Below the pieces are notes generated by a model. The model saw only the letters and a program-made list of their open reading frames with translations. It was not told where the DNA came from and ran no database searches. 64,000 nt of DNA from Deltaproteobacteria bacterium (lineage in GTDB: Bacteria > SAR324 > NAC60-12). Shown piece after piece: positions 18,348-27,644 of this stretch. Where the stretch lies: NCBI GenBank assembly GCA_038150265.1, contig JAYOTF010000008.1, positions 28,595 to 92,594 of the forward strand. The letters run 5' to 3'. A program made the position numbers and the translations under genes. Each line of letters begins with the position of its first letter. Position 1 is the first letter of the stretch.

Positions 18348-19631
18348 TCAGGCAAACATGTCCTGAGTGATGCTGTCGTACCAGCCCTGAGCGTAGACCG
18401 CTTCCTGGGCGCGTGCGGCAGCATCTGCGTTTTTGGGGCTCACTCCCCCGGCTCCGGAAACGCCAGCGATCTTGCCTTCGTTGAACCGATAGACGGCTGC
18501 GACGGAGATGCTGTAGTTCGGAGTCACCAGGCTGTAGCAGGTGTTGGCAAACGAGGGCGCCACCGGATCCTCTCCCCGCAGAAGGGAGACAATGGCTGCG
18601 GCACACACCTTGGCCTGGCTGTTGGCCGAGAAGCCAGACTTGGGCATGGCACCGGCGATGCTGGCATCTCCAATGACGTGCACCTTGGGCATCTTCTCCG
18701 ATTCAAAGGTGATCTGGTTCACCGGGCACCAACCCGCGTCGTTGGTGAGTCCGGAATCTCGGGCGATCTTGCCGGCCCACTGAGCCGGGATGAAGTTGAT
18801 CACATCTCCCTTTTCCCAGCCAAACTCGGTCTCCACCTGCATGTTCGCGGCATCAATCTGCAGCACCTTTCCCCCGGCGCTGCCCTGCCGCCACTCAATG
18901 AGGTCGCGGTAGTGGAGGTTCCAGCCGTCGGTGAAGAGCGGCTGCTTGGAGAACTTCTCCTTCATGTCCAGAATCAGGACCTTGGACCTGGGTTTGTTCT
19001 GAGACAGGTAGTGCGCCATCATGCTGGCCCGCTCATAGGGTCCGGGCGGGCAGCGGAACGGGTTTTCGGGCGGGCAGATCACCACGGTTCCGCCATCGGG
19101 CATGGCCTCAAGTTGCTTGCGGAGCTGAACCGTTTGTGGGCCGGCCTTCCAGGCATGGGGCATCTTGTCTTCCACATCCGGACTGTGGCCCGGCATCTTG
19201 TCGTACCGGACATCGACTCCGGGGGAAACGACGGCGCGGTCAAACGGAATGCGTGAGCCATCTGCCAGGACCACCGCGTTGGCTTCGACCCTGGATGCCC
19301 GAGCATGCACCACCTTGACGCCATAGAGGCTTTCCAGCTTGGTGTAGCTGTGGGCAATGTCGTCCATCTGCTTGAGGCCACCGAGGACCAGGTTGCTGAA
19401 CGGACAGGTGTAAAAGGTCTTGTTGGGCTCCACCAGCGTCACATCCAGGGAGTTGTCCATCATCTTGAGGTACTTGGCTGCCGTCGCGCCTCCAAAGCCA
19501 CCGCCCACCACCACGATCCGGGCGCTGGATGGGCTGACACGAGCGCTCTGAGAGGCAGTGTTGCAGCCGGCGAGGGTGGTGGCCCCTGCTGCGAGAAAGA
19601 GCTTGCTGAACTGTCTTCGGGTTACCTGCAT
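18348..19631 (-). CDS. fccB: Flavocytochrome c sulfide dehydrogenase flavoprotein (FccB/SoxF)
   Basis: Tat signal TRRQF, GGGFGG, TCPFSN, RCPPGPYER, MPKSGFSAN, NTCYS. Confidence 0.93.
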   Translation of the reverse strand: MQVTRRQFSKLFLAAGATTLAGCNTASQSARVSPSSARIVVVGGGFGGATAAKYLKMMDNSLDVTLVEPNKTFYTCPFSNLVLGGLKQMDDIAHSYTKLESLYGVKVVHARASRVEANAVVLADGSRIPFDRAVVSPGVDVRYDKMPGHSPDVEDKMPHAWKAGPQTVQLRKQLEAMPDGGTVVICPPENPFRCPPGPYERASMMAHYLSQNKPRSKVLILDMKEKFSKQPLFTDGWNLHYRDLIEWRQGSAGGKVLQIDAANMQVETEFGWEKGDVINFIPAQWAGKIARDSGLTNDAGWCPVNQITFESEKMPKVHVIGDASIAGAMPKSGFSANSQAKVCAAAIVSLLRGEDPVAPSFANTCYSLVTPNYSISVAAVYRFNEGKIAGVSGAGGVSPKNADAAARAQEAVYAQGWYDSITQDMFA

Positions 19632-19640
19632 CGCGTCTCC

Positions 19641-19961
19641 TTAGTTTTTTTGGTTACCAAGGTGGGCGGCAAGGAGCTTGATCTCCTCGTCCGTGTACCC
19701 TTTGGCGATTCGGTTCATCACAGTGGCGTAGCGCTCTTCGCTGCGGAATTGCTTCATGGCGCTTTCAATGTAGCTGGCTGATTTGCCGGCAATCGCAGGA
19801 ATCGAGCCGGGGCTGTTTCCGTTGGTTCCGTGACACGAGGCGCAGGAAAGCGCGAGCACCATGCCGCGTTTTTCATCTGCGTGTGCGCTGGTGGCGAAAC
19901 TCAAGCTGGCGCCCAGCAGCAGGGCGCTCAGCAGGGGTTTCTGCAACAGTTGCTTCATCAT
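19641..19961 (-). CDS. fccA: Monoheme cytochrome c subunit of sulfide dehydrogenase
   Basis: CASCHG and [10 protein letters not shown], directly upstream of fccB. GGAGG precedes ATG 19961. Confidence 0.85.
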   Translation of the reverse strand: MMKQLLQKPLLSALLLGASLSFATSAHADEKRGMVLALSCASCHGTNGNSPGSIPAIAGKSASYIESAMKQFRSEERYATVMNRIAKGYTDEEIKLLAAHLGNQKN

Positions 19962-20046
19962 GACCTCCCAATGGCGGGTTTGAGGAGGAGGGCCTGGAGC
20001 CCTCAAGGAATCAGGCGGAGCCTGAAAACTGATTCAGCGAGTCAAC

Positions 20047-20661
20047 TTATCGGATGACCGGAAGCGGTTTCATTTCCGGGCAGTCGCTCATGCAGGCGAC
20101 ATTCTGGGTGTCCGGGCGGTTATCCGGGATGAAGTTGTCCCGATTGGGCATTTCCATGGAAATGAGCTTTTCCCGGGTCAACTCCTCATCGTACTCCAGC
20201 AGGTAGTTCAGGTAGAGCACATACGCCGTAATGGCGTAGGTCTCTTCGGCGCTCAGGGACTGAGGCTCATAGAACGGCATGGCGCGTCGGATGTAGCTGA
20301 ACAGCGTGGTGGCGTAAGGCCAGTAGCTGCCCACGGTCTTGGTCGGCTCGAGGGTGTTGAGGGTGTCCTCGGCTCCGGGAGCCGCAAGAACCGGCCAACG
20401 CCCCACGGCTTCTCCAAACTCACCGTGGCACTGGGCGCACTTCATGATGTAGAGCGACTCGCCGGCTTCCGGGGTGGTCACCCCTTCCGGAAGTTCGTCT
20501 CCGACCTCATTGATGCTGATGTCCCAGCCGGACAGCTCTTGTGGAGAGATGGCTGTCCCGAACCCATAAACCAGACCGTCTCCAGCGGAGGCGGTGCTCG
20601 CCATTCCCAAGCATGCCCCGGCGAGGAGGGACTTTTTGAAACAATCAGCCCATCTGAACAT
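20047..20661 (-). CDS. soxD: Sulfane-sulfur dehydrogenase cytochrome subunit SoxD (monoheme)
   Basis: YGFG, WDI, CAQCHG, KTVGSYWPYATTLFSYIRRAMP, MPNRDNF. Overlaps the end of soxC. Confidence 0.92.
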   Translation of the reverse strand: MFRWADCFKKSLLAGACLGMASTASAGDGLVYGFGTAISPQELSGWDISINEVGDELPEGVTTPEAGESLYIMKCAQCHGEFGEAVGRWPVLAAPGAEDTLNTLEPTKTVGSYWPYATTLFSYIRRAMPFYEPQSLSAEETYAITAYVLYLNYLLEYDEELTREKLISMEMPNRDNFIPDNRPDTQNVACMSDCPEMKPLPVIR

Positions 20662-22051
20662 TGTACAGGTCTCCTTTTCCGTCGAGTTTCCAGGTGTAGA
20701 TCGCGTTTTTATGATAGATGGAGTTGACCCCACGGGCGTCCCGGAGCTGGGCAAGGGTCGGCTGGACGAATCCGGTGCTGTCCATGGCTCGGCTTTGCAG
20801 CATCATTTCCTGCCCGGGCTTCCAGTCGAAGGGCATCCGGAAGCGGGTGAGGCACTTCGAAAGCACCGGCTCCTGCAGGGTGGCTTCGGTCCAGTTGCGT
20901 CCGCCATCCAGGGAGATGTCCACACGCTTGATGAAGCCACGTCCCGTCCAGGCGAGTCCGGAAAGCTCGTAGCGTCCGGGGCGGTCGAGGTGCTGACCGA
21001 CGGAGGGGAAGGTGATCACGGAGTTGGTGTCTTGCACCCAGGTGAACTCGCGGGCCTGGCCTTCTCCCAGCAGGTCGGTGTACTTGGAGGTCTCCTCTCG
21101 GGTCCGCCACGGGTGAATGCCGAGCTTGAGGCGCCGGATCCACTTGATGTTCATGTTCCCCTCAAAGCCGGGGACGAGCAGGCGAATGGGGTACCCCTGT
21201 TCCGGACGGAGCGCCTCGCCGTTTTGGGCATAGACGATCATGGCGTCATCCAGCAGCTTCCAGAGCGGGATGCTGCGGTCCATGGCTCCAGCGTCCGCTC
21301 CTTCTGCAAGGCACCAGGCGCCGTTGGCAGCATCGAGCCCCTCAGCGGCCAACTCCGGCGCTGTCTTGGACTGGGCGTAGAGGGCCCGTTTGACGAATTC
21401 CGGATTGATGCCGACTTCTTCCAGCAGCGTTGACACCTTGACACCGGTCCACTCGCAGCAGCTGATCATGCCGTGGGTGAACTGAACGGAGTCCATCTGC
21501 ACCCCCTTCCACTCCATGCCGCTGTTGGCGGGGCATTCAATGAAGCGGATGTGGCTTTCGCTCGGGAAGCGCTTGAGGTCGTCCATGGTGAAGGACAGCG
21601 GACGCTCCAGCAGCGGGGTGCCGTCGGCATCGGTGCCGCCATGGATCACCAGCCGGTGCTCATCGGGGTGAATGGTGGGCATGCCTCCGTGGTGCCGCTC
21701 GAAGTGAAGGCCATTGGGGGTGATGATGCCCTGGAGGTGCTGCAGCGGGGTGAAGCTGATGGAGGAGTTCGGAGACGCGGTCAGCCAGCTGACGTTGCCC
21801 CGCTGGACGTGAGCCTCAAACTCGGAGGGCGAGCCATAACCACGGGAGGTCACCCCCGGACCCAGGTGCTGGGACCATTCCGGAATGTTGGGCGGAAGGT
21901 TGCGGGTCTGGGCTTCTGCCATCACCGAGGATGCCCCAGCGGCAAGGGCTCCTCCGGTGGCCAGGGCCTGTTTGAAGAACTTGCGCCGGTTGAGCATCTC
22001 GGCGTACTCCTGATTGATCTGCTGTTCCTCTTCCGGACGGATCTCCTTCAT
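20645..22051 (-). CDS. soxC: Sulfane-sulfur dehydrogenase molybdoprotein SoxC
   Basis: Tat NRRKFF, GIITPNGLHFERHHGG, FIECPAN, EQGYPIRL, NIKWIRR, GFVQPT. Confidence 0.95.
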   Translation of the reverse strand: MKEIRPEEEQQINQEYAEMLNRRKFFKQALATGGALAAGASSVMAEAQTRNLPPNIPEWSQHLGPGVTSRGYGSPSEFEAHVQRGNVSWLTASPNSSISFTPLQHLQGIITPNGLHFERHHGGMPTIHPDEHRLVIHGGTDADGTPLLERPLSFTMDDLKRFPSESHIRFIECPANSGMEWKGVQMDSVQFTHGMISCCEWTGVKVSTLLEEVGINPEFVKRALYAQSKTAPELAAEGLDAANGAWCLAEGADAGAMDRSIPLWKLLDDAMIVYAQNGEALRPEQGYPIRLLVPGFEGNMNIKWIRRLKLGIHPWRTREETSKYTDLLGEGQAREFTWVQDTNSVITFPSVGQHLDRPGRYELSGLAWTGRGFIKRVDISLDGGRNWTEATLQEPVLSKCLTRFRMPFDWKPGQEMMLQSRAMDSTGFVQPTLAQLRDARGVNSIYHKNAIYTWKLDGKGDLYNVQMG

Positions 22052-22073
22052 GAGCTCTCCTAAGGTTGAGTGG

Positions 22074-22092
22074 GGCGGGAGGGCTTCCCGCC
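22074..22092 (-). terminator. GC-rich hairpin between soxB and soxC (terminator or mRNA-stability element)
   Basis: GGCGGGA-N5-TCCCGCC. No clear U-tract. Confidence 0.35.
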
Positions 22093-22109
22093 AGTTGCAT
22101 TAAGGCGAA

Positions 22110-23819
22110 TCAAAGCTGGGCGAGGCCCGGATTGTTGGGGACTCCCTTGATGGTGGGGACGTTGGTCTGGAGGTTGGTGATGACCTTCTTGGCTCGCAGG
22201 TTCCGGGCCACAAGGTCCCACACGGGTTCGCCCTCCAGGGGCTGAGCGACACTGGCCCAGCCGCCCACCGGGTAGTCCCTGGACGGGTCAATGGGCTTGC
22301 CGTCCAGTTCCATGGCATCAATGCGTTGCCCCATTGGAGCCGTCGGGTTGATGCTGTACTGCAGGCCACCGACCCGGACCATGTCTCCTCCCTGCTGGTA
22401 GTAGGGGTCCTCATTGAAGAGGTTGTCGGCGACGTCCTCGAGAATGACCTTGAGCTGCGCTCCGGAGATGAGGTTCCGCGTCACCGTCGGATACGTCATG
22501 GAGGTTTGGGTCATGAGGTGATCAAACGTGATGGGCTGTCCGGGAAGCACACTCACTCCCCAGCGGAACCCTGGAGAGAAGGAGATCGGCGCATCAAGTT
22601 CCTCCATCAGGGCATCACAGATGAGCTGGTCGAAGGTGCCGTTGAAGTTCCCTCGGCGGTAGAGGAGGGCTTCGGTGACAGCAAGCTCCTCGTTGAGCTT
22701 GTCGAGGTAGGGAGCCCGGACTTCGTCAATGAAGGTCTGCATGCCGGCATCCGCTGGAAGCAGGTCGGAGAAAACGGGAAGGAGCTTGTACTGGTACCCG
22801 CGGACCTGACCGTCTCGGACATCCAGGTCGAGGACGGAGAGGTACTTGCTGTTGGATCCGGAGTTGATGACGAGGGTCTTGCCTCCGGCGTTCTCCACTT
22901 CAATGGCACGGGGAACGGCGTCGTGGGTGTGTCCGCCCATGATCGCATCGACACCGGAAACGCGGCTGGCCATCTTGAGGTCCACATCCATGCCGTTGTG
23001 GGAGAGGACGATGACCACCTCAGCCCCTTCGTCCCGAGCCTGATCGACCATCTCCTGCATGCGGTCGTCGCGGATCCCAAAGGACCACTCCGGAACCATG
23101 TACCGGGGGTTCGCAATGGGGGTGTAGGGGAAGGCCTGCCCCACAATGGCCACCGCAGTGCCGTTGATCTCCCGGATCACATAGGGGCTGAAGACCGGGT
23201 CTTCAAAAGCGGTGTCGACCACGTTTTGGGCCACAAAGTCAATGCCCGCTTCGGCAAAGTCGTTCTCAATGACCTCGGTCACACGCTCGGCGCCAAAGGT
23301 GAACTCCCAGTGCCCGGTCATGACATTGACGCCCAGGCGCTTCTGGGCATCAACCATGTCCTGGGCATTGGTCCACAACGAGGTGGCTGAGCCCTGCCAC
23401 GTGTCTCCGCCGTCGAGCAGGAGTGCTCCCGGACGGTCGGCCCGGACGCGATCAACGAGGGTCTTGAGGTGGGCAAAGCCTCCCACCTTTCCAAACTGTT
23501 CAGCGGCCCGGGCAAAGTCGAGGTAGGTAAAGGCGTGGGCCTCAAGGGAGCCCTTGGGGATGCCGTAGTGCTTGAGGAAGTGCTCGCCCACCAGGTGCGG
23601 AGGGTTGCCCTGCATGCCGGCAACACCGAGGTTGATGTTGGGCTCTCGGAAGTAAATGGGCAGCAGCTGCGCATGGCAGTCGGTGTAGTGGAGGAGGGAG
23701 ACGTTGCCGAATGGCTTGACGTCATAGGGGCTTTCTTGAGCCTGAAGCCTCCAGGGAGTGATCCCGGCAACGGCTGCAGCGCTCAGGAGGCCCATGAACT
23801 CCCTTCGCGACAAATGCAT
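22110..23819 (-). CDS. soxB: Thiosulfohydrolase SoxB
   Basis: Tat SRREF, HYTDCHAQL, DGGDTWQG, HWEFT, LSHNGMDVD, GGHTHD, PGFRWG. Confidence 0.97.
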   Translation of the reverse strand: MHLSRREFMGLLSAAAVAGITPWRLQAQESPYDVKPFGNVSLLHYTDCHAQLLPIYFREPNINLGVAGMQGNPPHLVGEHFLKHYGIPKGSLEAHAFTYLDFARAAEQFGKVGGFAHLKTLVDRVRADRPGALLLDGGDTWQGSATSLWTNAQDMVDAQKRLGVNVMTGHWEFTFGAERVTEVIENDFAEAGIDFVAQNVVDTAFEDPVFSPYVIREINGTAVAIVGQAFPYTPIANPRYMVPEWSFGIRDDRMQEMVDQARDEGAEVVIVLSHNGMDVDLKMASRVSGVDAIMGGHTHDAVPRAIEVENAGGKTLVINSGSNSKYLSVLDLDVRDGQVRGYQYKLLPVFSDLLPADAGMQTFIDEVRAPYLDKLNEELAVTEALLYRRGNFNGTFDQLICDALMEELDAPISFSPGFRWGVSVLPGQPITFDHLMTQTSMTYPTVTRNLISGAQLKVILEDVADNLFNEDPYYQQGGDMVRVGGLQYSINPTAPMGQRIDAMELDGKPIDPSRDYPVGGWASVAQPLEGEPVWDLVARNLRAKKVITNLQTNVPTIKGVPNNPGLAQL

Positions 23820-23857
23820 AGACGAAAAACAGTATGGAAGTTGAAAAGTGACGAGGC

Positions 23858-23885
23858 GAGGCCCTTTGCCGGAGCAAGGGGCCTC
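23858..23885 (-). terminator. Hairpin downstream of soxK
   Basis: GAGGCCCTTTGC-CGGA-GCAAGGGGCCTC, 11 of 12 pairs. A pyrimidine-rich tract follows on the minus strand. Confidence 0.45.
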
Positions 23886-23893
23886 CGGAGGGA

Positions 23894-24196
23894 TCAGAAG
23901 CGGGGGCCCGCGTCTTTCTGGCTCATGGCTTGAGCGTATCCCAGCTCTCCCCAGTCCCGAACCATGATCACCAGCTTGCAGGCTTCTTCATAGTTGCCTG
24001 CCTTGGCTGCGGCTTCCGCATCCTTCATGGGGTTGGGCAGGGTGGCCATCCACCATTCGCCTCCCACCGAGGCGGCCTTCTTGCGAGACGCCTCTGCTTC
24101 CGCGTGGTACTGCTTGTAGGTGTCCTGGTTGCACTGAGCCAGGGCGACTCCTGAGGTCAGGAGGGCGGCTCCAAGCAATAGGGTGAGTTTTTTCAT
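23894..24196 (-). CDS. soxK: SoxAX-binding protein SoxK (SAXB)
   Basis: 100-aa exported protein between soxA and soxB with RKKAASVGGEW and GELGYAQA motifs. Confidence 0.8.
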   Translation of the reverse strand: MKKLTLLLGAALLTSGVALAQCNQDTYKQYHAEAEASRKKAASVGGEWWMATLPNPMKDAEAAAKAGNYEEACKLVIMVRDWGELGYAQAMSQKDAGPRF

Positions 24197-24206
24197 CAGA
24201 ACCTCC

Positions 24207-25064
24207 TTATTTACGGGCGCCCGGCGAGTTGATCGCCAAGCCGTTACTCATGTAAGCAAGGAAGTACTCCAGGTTCCGGTACTCTGGGCCTTGCGCTTTG
24301 AAGGATTTGGCTCGGACCTGCTCGTTGCAGCCTCCGAAGCGGCGGTGCAGGGTTCCCATGGCGCCCCACTTGGAGCGGTACACCGGAAAGTGCGTGGTGT
24401 GGCCAAGGGACGGGCTGAGGGTTTCCGAGCGGACCCGCATGCCGGAGTTGTACACATGGCAGTCGGCACAGGACATGTTGAGCTGTCCGCGCTTGGCGTA
24501 GTAGTGGTGCTTCCCGGCCTCATAGGCGGCCAGGGCTCCAGAGGTGCTGGGCGCTTCCAGGTTCTGCACCTTGCCGCGGGACATGAATCCGACGTAGGCG
24601 CTCAGCGAGGCGATCTTGCCCTTCTTCCACCCGAACGGCTTCTCTCCGTTGGCTTCCCGGCACTCGTTCAGAGCGAGCTCGAGGGTGACGACCATTTGGC
24701 GCTCCTCGTTCCAATGCGGGTAGTGCTGCTTGATGCCGTCTTCCAGCTGGTAGGGGAAGCAGTCCTGGTACGTCTTGCCATTGGCAAAGGGCGTGTTCCA
24801 CAGCTCCTCCCCCTCACCAAGGGCGAGTTCATACGGAGGGAACTCCTCAATGGTCAGCCACTCCTCACGACCTGCTGCATTGACCGGCAGGGCGTAGGCG
24901 CCATCGACGTAGTCTTCCATCGCAATTTCCGGGAACCGCTGCTGGAAGTACTGGACAAAGTGCTGGCGGTCTTCCTCTGGGTTGGCTTCGGCCCAGACGC
25001 TTGAGACCACTCCTCCGCTCACCAGAAGGAGGCTGAGGGCACTGATCATAAATTTCTTCATCAT
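24207..25064 (-). CDS. soxA: Monoheme SoxA
   Basis: RGQLNMSCADCH, HFPVYRSKW, RRFGGCNEQVRA. No N-terminal CxxCH. Confidence 0.95.
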   Translation of the reverse strand: MMKKFMISALSLLLVSGGVVSSVWAEANPEEDRQHFVQYFQQRFPEIAMEDYVDGAYALPVNAAGREEWLTIEEFPPYELALGEGEELWNTPFANGKTYQDCFPYQLEDGIKQHYPHWNEERQMVVTLELALNECREANGEKPFGWKKGKIASLSAYVGFMSRGKVQNLEAPSTSGALAAYEAGKHHYYAKRGQLNMSCADCHVYNSGMRVRSETLSPSLGHTTHFPVYRSKWGAMGTLHRRFGGCNEQVRAKSFKAQGPEYRNLEYFLAYMSNGLAINSPGARK

Positions 25065-25110
25065 TATCTCCTAACGGGATGAGGAGGGTGCCGCCTCATC
25101 CGGGTTAACG

Positions 25111-25419
25111 TTAGCGAACGCTGGTTTTACCGGTGAAGGTCTCTCCCTTGTTGTCAACACAGGTCAGCTCAACCTTGTCTCCCTTCTGGCCCGTGTACTG
25201 GAAGGCGAGGTAGGGATTCTTGGAAACGGCCACGCTCCACTGGGCATTGAGCATGGTGGTGCCGTTGACCTTGGCTTCCACGGTCTGAATGAAGTACTCG
25301 GGGATGAGGTTCCCGTTCTTGTCCTTGGCCTGCCCGGTGTCCATGGGGTGCTGAACGAGGGCTTTGACCTCCACCACGTTTCCGGTTGCCTTTGCGCGCA
25401 TGCGAACACTGTTTGCCAT
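25111..25419 (-). CDS. soxZ: Sulfur carrier SoxZ
   Basis: HPMDTG, SKNPY, DNKG. Confidence 0.95.
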   Translation of the reverse strand: MANSVRMRAKATGNVVEVKALVQHPMDTGQAKDKNGNLIPEYFIQTVEAKVNGTTMLNAQWSVAVSKNPYLAFQYTGQKGDKVELTCVDNKGETFTGKTSVR

Positions 25420-25465
25420 AATGGTCTCCTGGAGTGCCTAAAGTGAGGGGGAATGTTGTCCGAAA

Positions 25466-25930
25466 TTAACCGCCGCAGCCACCAATGGTGACCTTCACTT
25501 CCTTGGTCGCCTGGTACAGCTTGCCATCGGCCTTGACCACTGCGTGAACGTTGGAAGTCTTTCCCATCTTCAAGCGTGTGGAGGCGTAACCCCGCATGCC
25601 TGCGCCAAAGTTGAACTCGGCAGCCAGCGGAGACGGGTTGGCTTCCACCAAAATGGAGATGGACTCAATGTTCGGCAGCTCACTCTCCACCGTCACCGGG
25701 ACCACAGCGCCGTTTTCGGCGATGTCCGGAGCCTTGAGGATGATGTTGTCGGATTCTTCCATGCTGCTGGAGCCATACAGCTCGCTGATCGCATCGGTGT
25801 ACTGCTTGGACTTGAAGGCCTTCTGGTTCCAGGCGGCAAGCAGCTGCTTCGGCAGGGCCAGGCCGGCGACTGCCAGAGAAGCCAGGGTGCCCGTCCGAAA
25901 TACGTTGTGCAAGAATGATCTTCGGTTCAT
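25466..25930 (-). CDS. soxY: Sulfur carrier SoxY
   Basis: Tat NRRSF, APDIAENG, C-terminal VKVTIGGCGG. Confidence 0.97.
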   Translation of the reverse strand: MNRRSFLHNVFRTGTLASLAVAGLALPKQLLAAWNQKAFKSKQYTDAISELYGSSSMEESDNIILKAPDIAENGAVVPVTVESELPNIESISILVEANPSPLAAEFNFGAGMRGYASTRLKMGKTSNVHAVVKADGKLYQATKEVKVTIGGCGG

Positions 25931-25969
25931 GAGATCTCTCCTCGTGTGCGTTGATGGTGAAAGGTGGGA

Positions 25970-26311
25970 TTAGAGCGAATAGATGTAGTCTGCAACCAGA
26001 TCCACTTCTTCTTCCGTCAGGATCTTATGCTTCCCAAAGGGAGGCATGAAGGTGTTGGGGTTGTTCACCGTTGGGTCCCAGATCTGGGAACGGAGGGCGG
26101 CCTTGGAAGGAAAGCGGCTCTTCATCATCATCAAAGGCGGAGCCGTGTTTCCCGGCAGGTCTCCGTCGTCCATCATGTGACAGGCCAAGCAATTGCCCTT
26201 GGTACGGTCCCAGGCAATCGCCTTCCCTTGGGCAATGCGCTCAGCATCGCTTGCTCCCCAGGCGGCGCCTGCCAGCAGCAGGGCGAATCCGGTGATTAGC
26301 GTTTTTCTCAT
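25970..26311 (-). CDS. soxX: Cytochrome SoxX
   Basis: KGNCLACH and MPPFG. Shine-Dalgarno GAGGGG before ATG 26311. Confidence 0.93.
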   Translation of the reverse strand: MRKTLITGFALLLAGAAWGASDAERIAQGKAIAWDRTKGNCLACHMMDDGDLPGNTAPPLMMMKSRFPSKAALRSQIWDPTVNNPNTFMPPFGKHKILTEEEVDLVADYIYSL

Positions 26312-26376
26312 GATCCCCTCATGAATTTGGATTGGTACCGACTGACCTTGGGGTAACACACCAATCAGCTCGGTAG

Positions 26377-26394
26377 TATTTGAGTATTCAAATA
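26377..26394. promoter_or_regulatory. 18-bp AT-rich palindrome upstream of soxX, candidate operator
   Basis: TATTTGAGTATTCAAATA (8 of 9 pairs), followed by AATCGC-TTG-GCGATT at 26400-26414. Confidence 0.55.
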
Positions 26395-26612
26395 AAAGAA
26401 ATCGCTTGGCGATTTAGGGTAGAATCAAAGCACATCCCATGGGGAAGTGCAAGACCCTCCCTCCGTAAAGTTACGGACTCCTCCGCCTCCTTGCGCTTCG
26501 TGGCATCCCCATCCCGAGATGCATCGTGCTACTTGAATGTTAGGGCCATTTGGGCAAGATTAAGACACGCCCCACACTCAGGCGCCTTTCGATTCATCAG
26601 CAGTGGAACTCA

Positions 26613-27074
26613 ATGTTTGGATTATTTGGTAGCAAGAAGCCCCTCAAGCCCAGCGGGCACGACGTGGAGCGGGCTGACTGGGAAACCTTTTTGGATCAGG
26701 TGTACGTCAAGACGATCCAGGGGAAAGCCGGGGGCATCGCGGTGATCTCGAATACCGTCCGGAACAACTCCAAGGATGTGGAAGGGCATGTGGCCGAAGA
26801 GTTGACCTATCGGCTCAAGCGGAACATCGACCAGAAGCAGGGGCTGCAGGTCCGGAAGTTTGACTATGGCAAGTTCCAGCAGGTCTTCGAGGGCTTTTCC
26901 CGGAATTCCGACCAGACGTTCTTCCGGACGCGGCAAGTTCTGCCAGCGGAGGTCCTGGTCTTTCCGCTGTTTCAAGGAGAGAAGCGGGCGCTGGTCATTC
27001 TGGAAGCCACGCTTCCGGAGCCCAACCTGAAGCGGGCCCTGGCCAACATTGAGTCTGAGATGCGCAAGGCCTGA
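26613..27074 (+). CDS. Hypothetical protein, divergent from the sox operon
   Basis: 153-aa ORF from MFGLFGSKK with genome-typical codon usage. Confidence 0.7.
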   Translation: MFGLFGSKKPLKPSGHDVERADWETFLDQVYVKTIQGKAGGIAVISNTVRNNSKDVEGHVAEELTYRLKRNIDQKQGLQVRKFDYGKFQQVFEGFSRNSDQTFFRTRQVLPAEVLVFPLFQGEKRALVILEATLPEPNLKRALANIESEMRKA

Positions 27075-27077
27075 CGC

Positions 27078-27644
27078 TCAGAAGAAGAGTCCGAATCCGA
27101 TCAGGACCTGTCGGGTCGCCGCAGTGATGACGGTGCCGATGGGGTTCGGGCTAGCCGAGGAACGGTAGCCTCGGTATTCCACCTCATCACCCCGCATGCC
27201 CACCAGCAGCTCTCCTCCCAGAAACGGGAGCCCCAGCAGCCCCAACGCCGTTTTTCCCTCAACGTTGCCCGTCGCATAAACCGCACCGTTTTGCCAGAGC
27301 ATCGACTCACCGGCGGTGATGGTCCCCACGCCAAGGGTGAGGCTCCAGCGTTCGCCAAGCGTGTAGGACACATCAAAGCTGTCAGCGCTCACCGAAACCG
27401 GATTTCCCGCGACGGAACCATCGGTTTGCATGTTGGAGATGCCAAAGCCGAATCCATTGCCAAAGAGCAGGGAAAACCCCTTCCCGCTGGACTGGGACGC
27501 GTCTTCCGGATCCTGCTGATCCAGCTGCAGGGTTCCGGTTTCACTCCGGGGCGCGACGAAGCGCAGACGCCACGGGGGACCAGCGGCCTCAAGGGTGGTG
27601 GTGAGGAGGAAAAAACCGAGAAAGAAGAGGCCAAAAAGTCGCAT
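27078..27644 (-). CDS. Putative small outer-membrane beta-barrel protein
   Basis: Signal peptide, Gly/aromatic alternating strands, C-terminal QVLIGFGLFF ending in Phe. Confidence 0.55.
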   Translation of the reverse strand: MRLFGLFFLGFFLLTTTLEAAGPPWRLRFVAPRSETGTLQLDQQDPEDASQSSGKGFSLLFGNGFGFGISNMQTDGSVAGNPVSVSADSFDVSYTLGERWSLTLGVGTITAGESMLWQNGAVYATGNVEGKTALGLLGLPFLGGELLVGMRGDEVEYRGYRSSASPNPIGTVITAATRQVLIGFGLFF

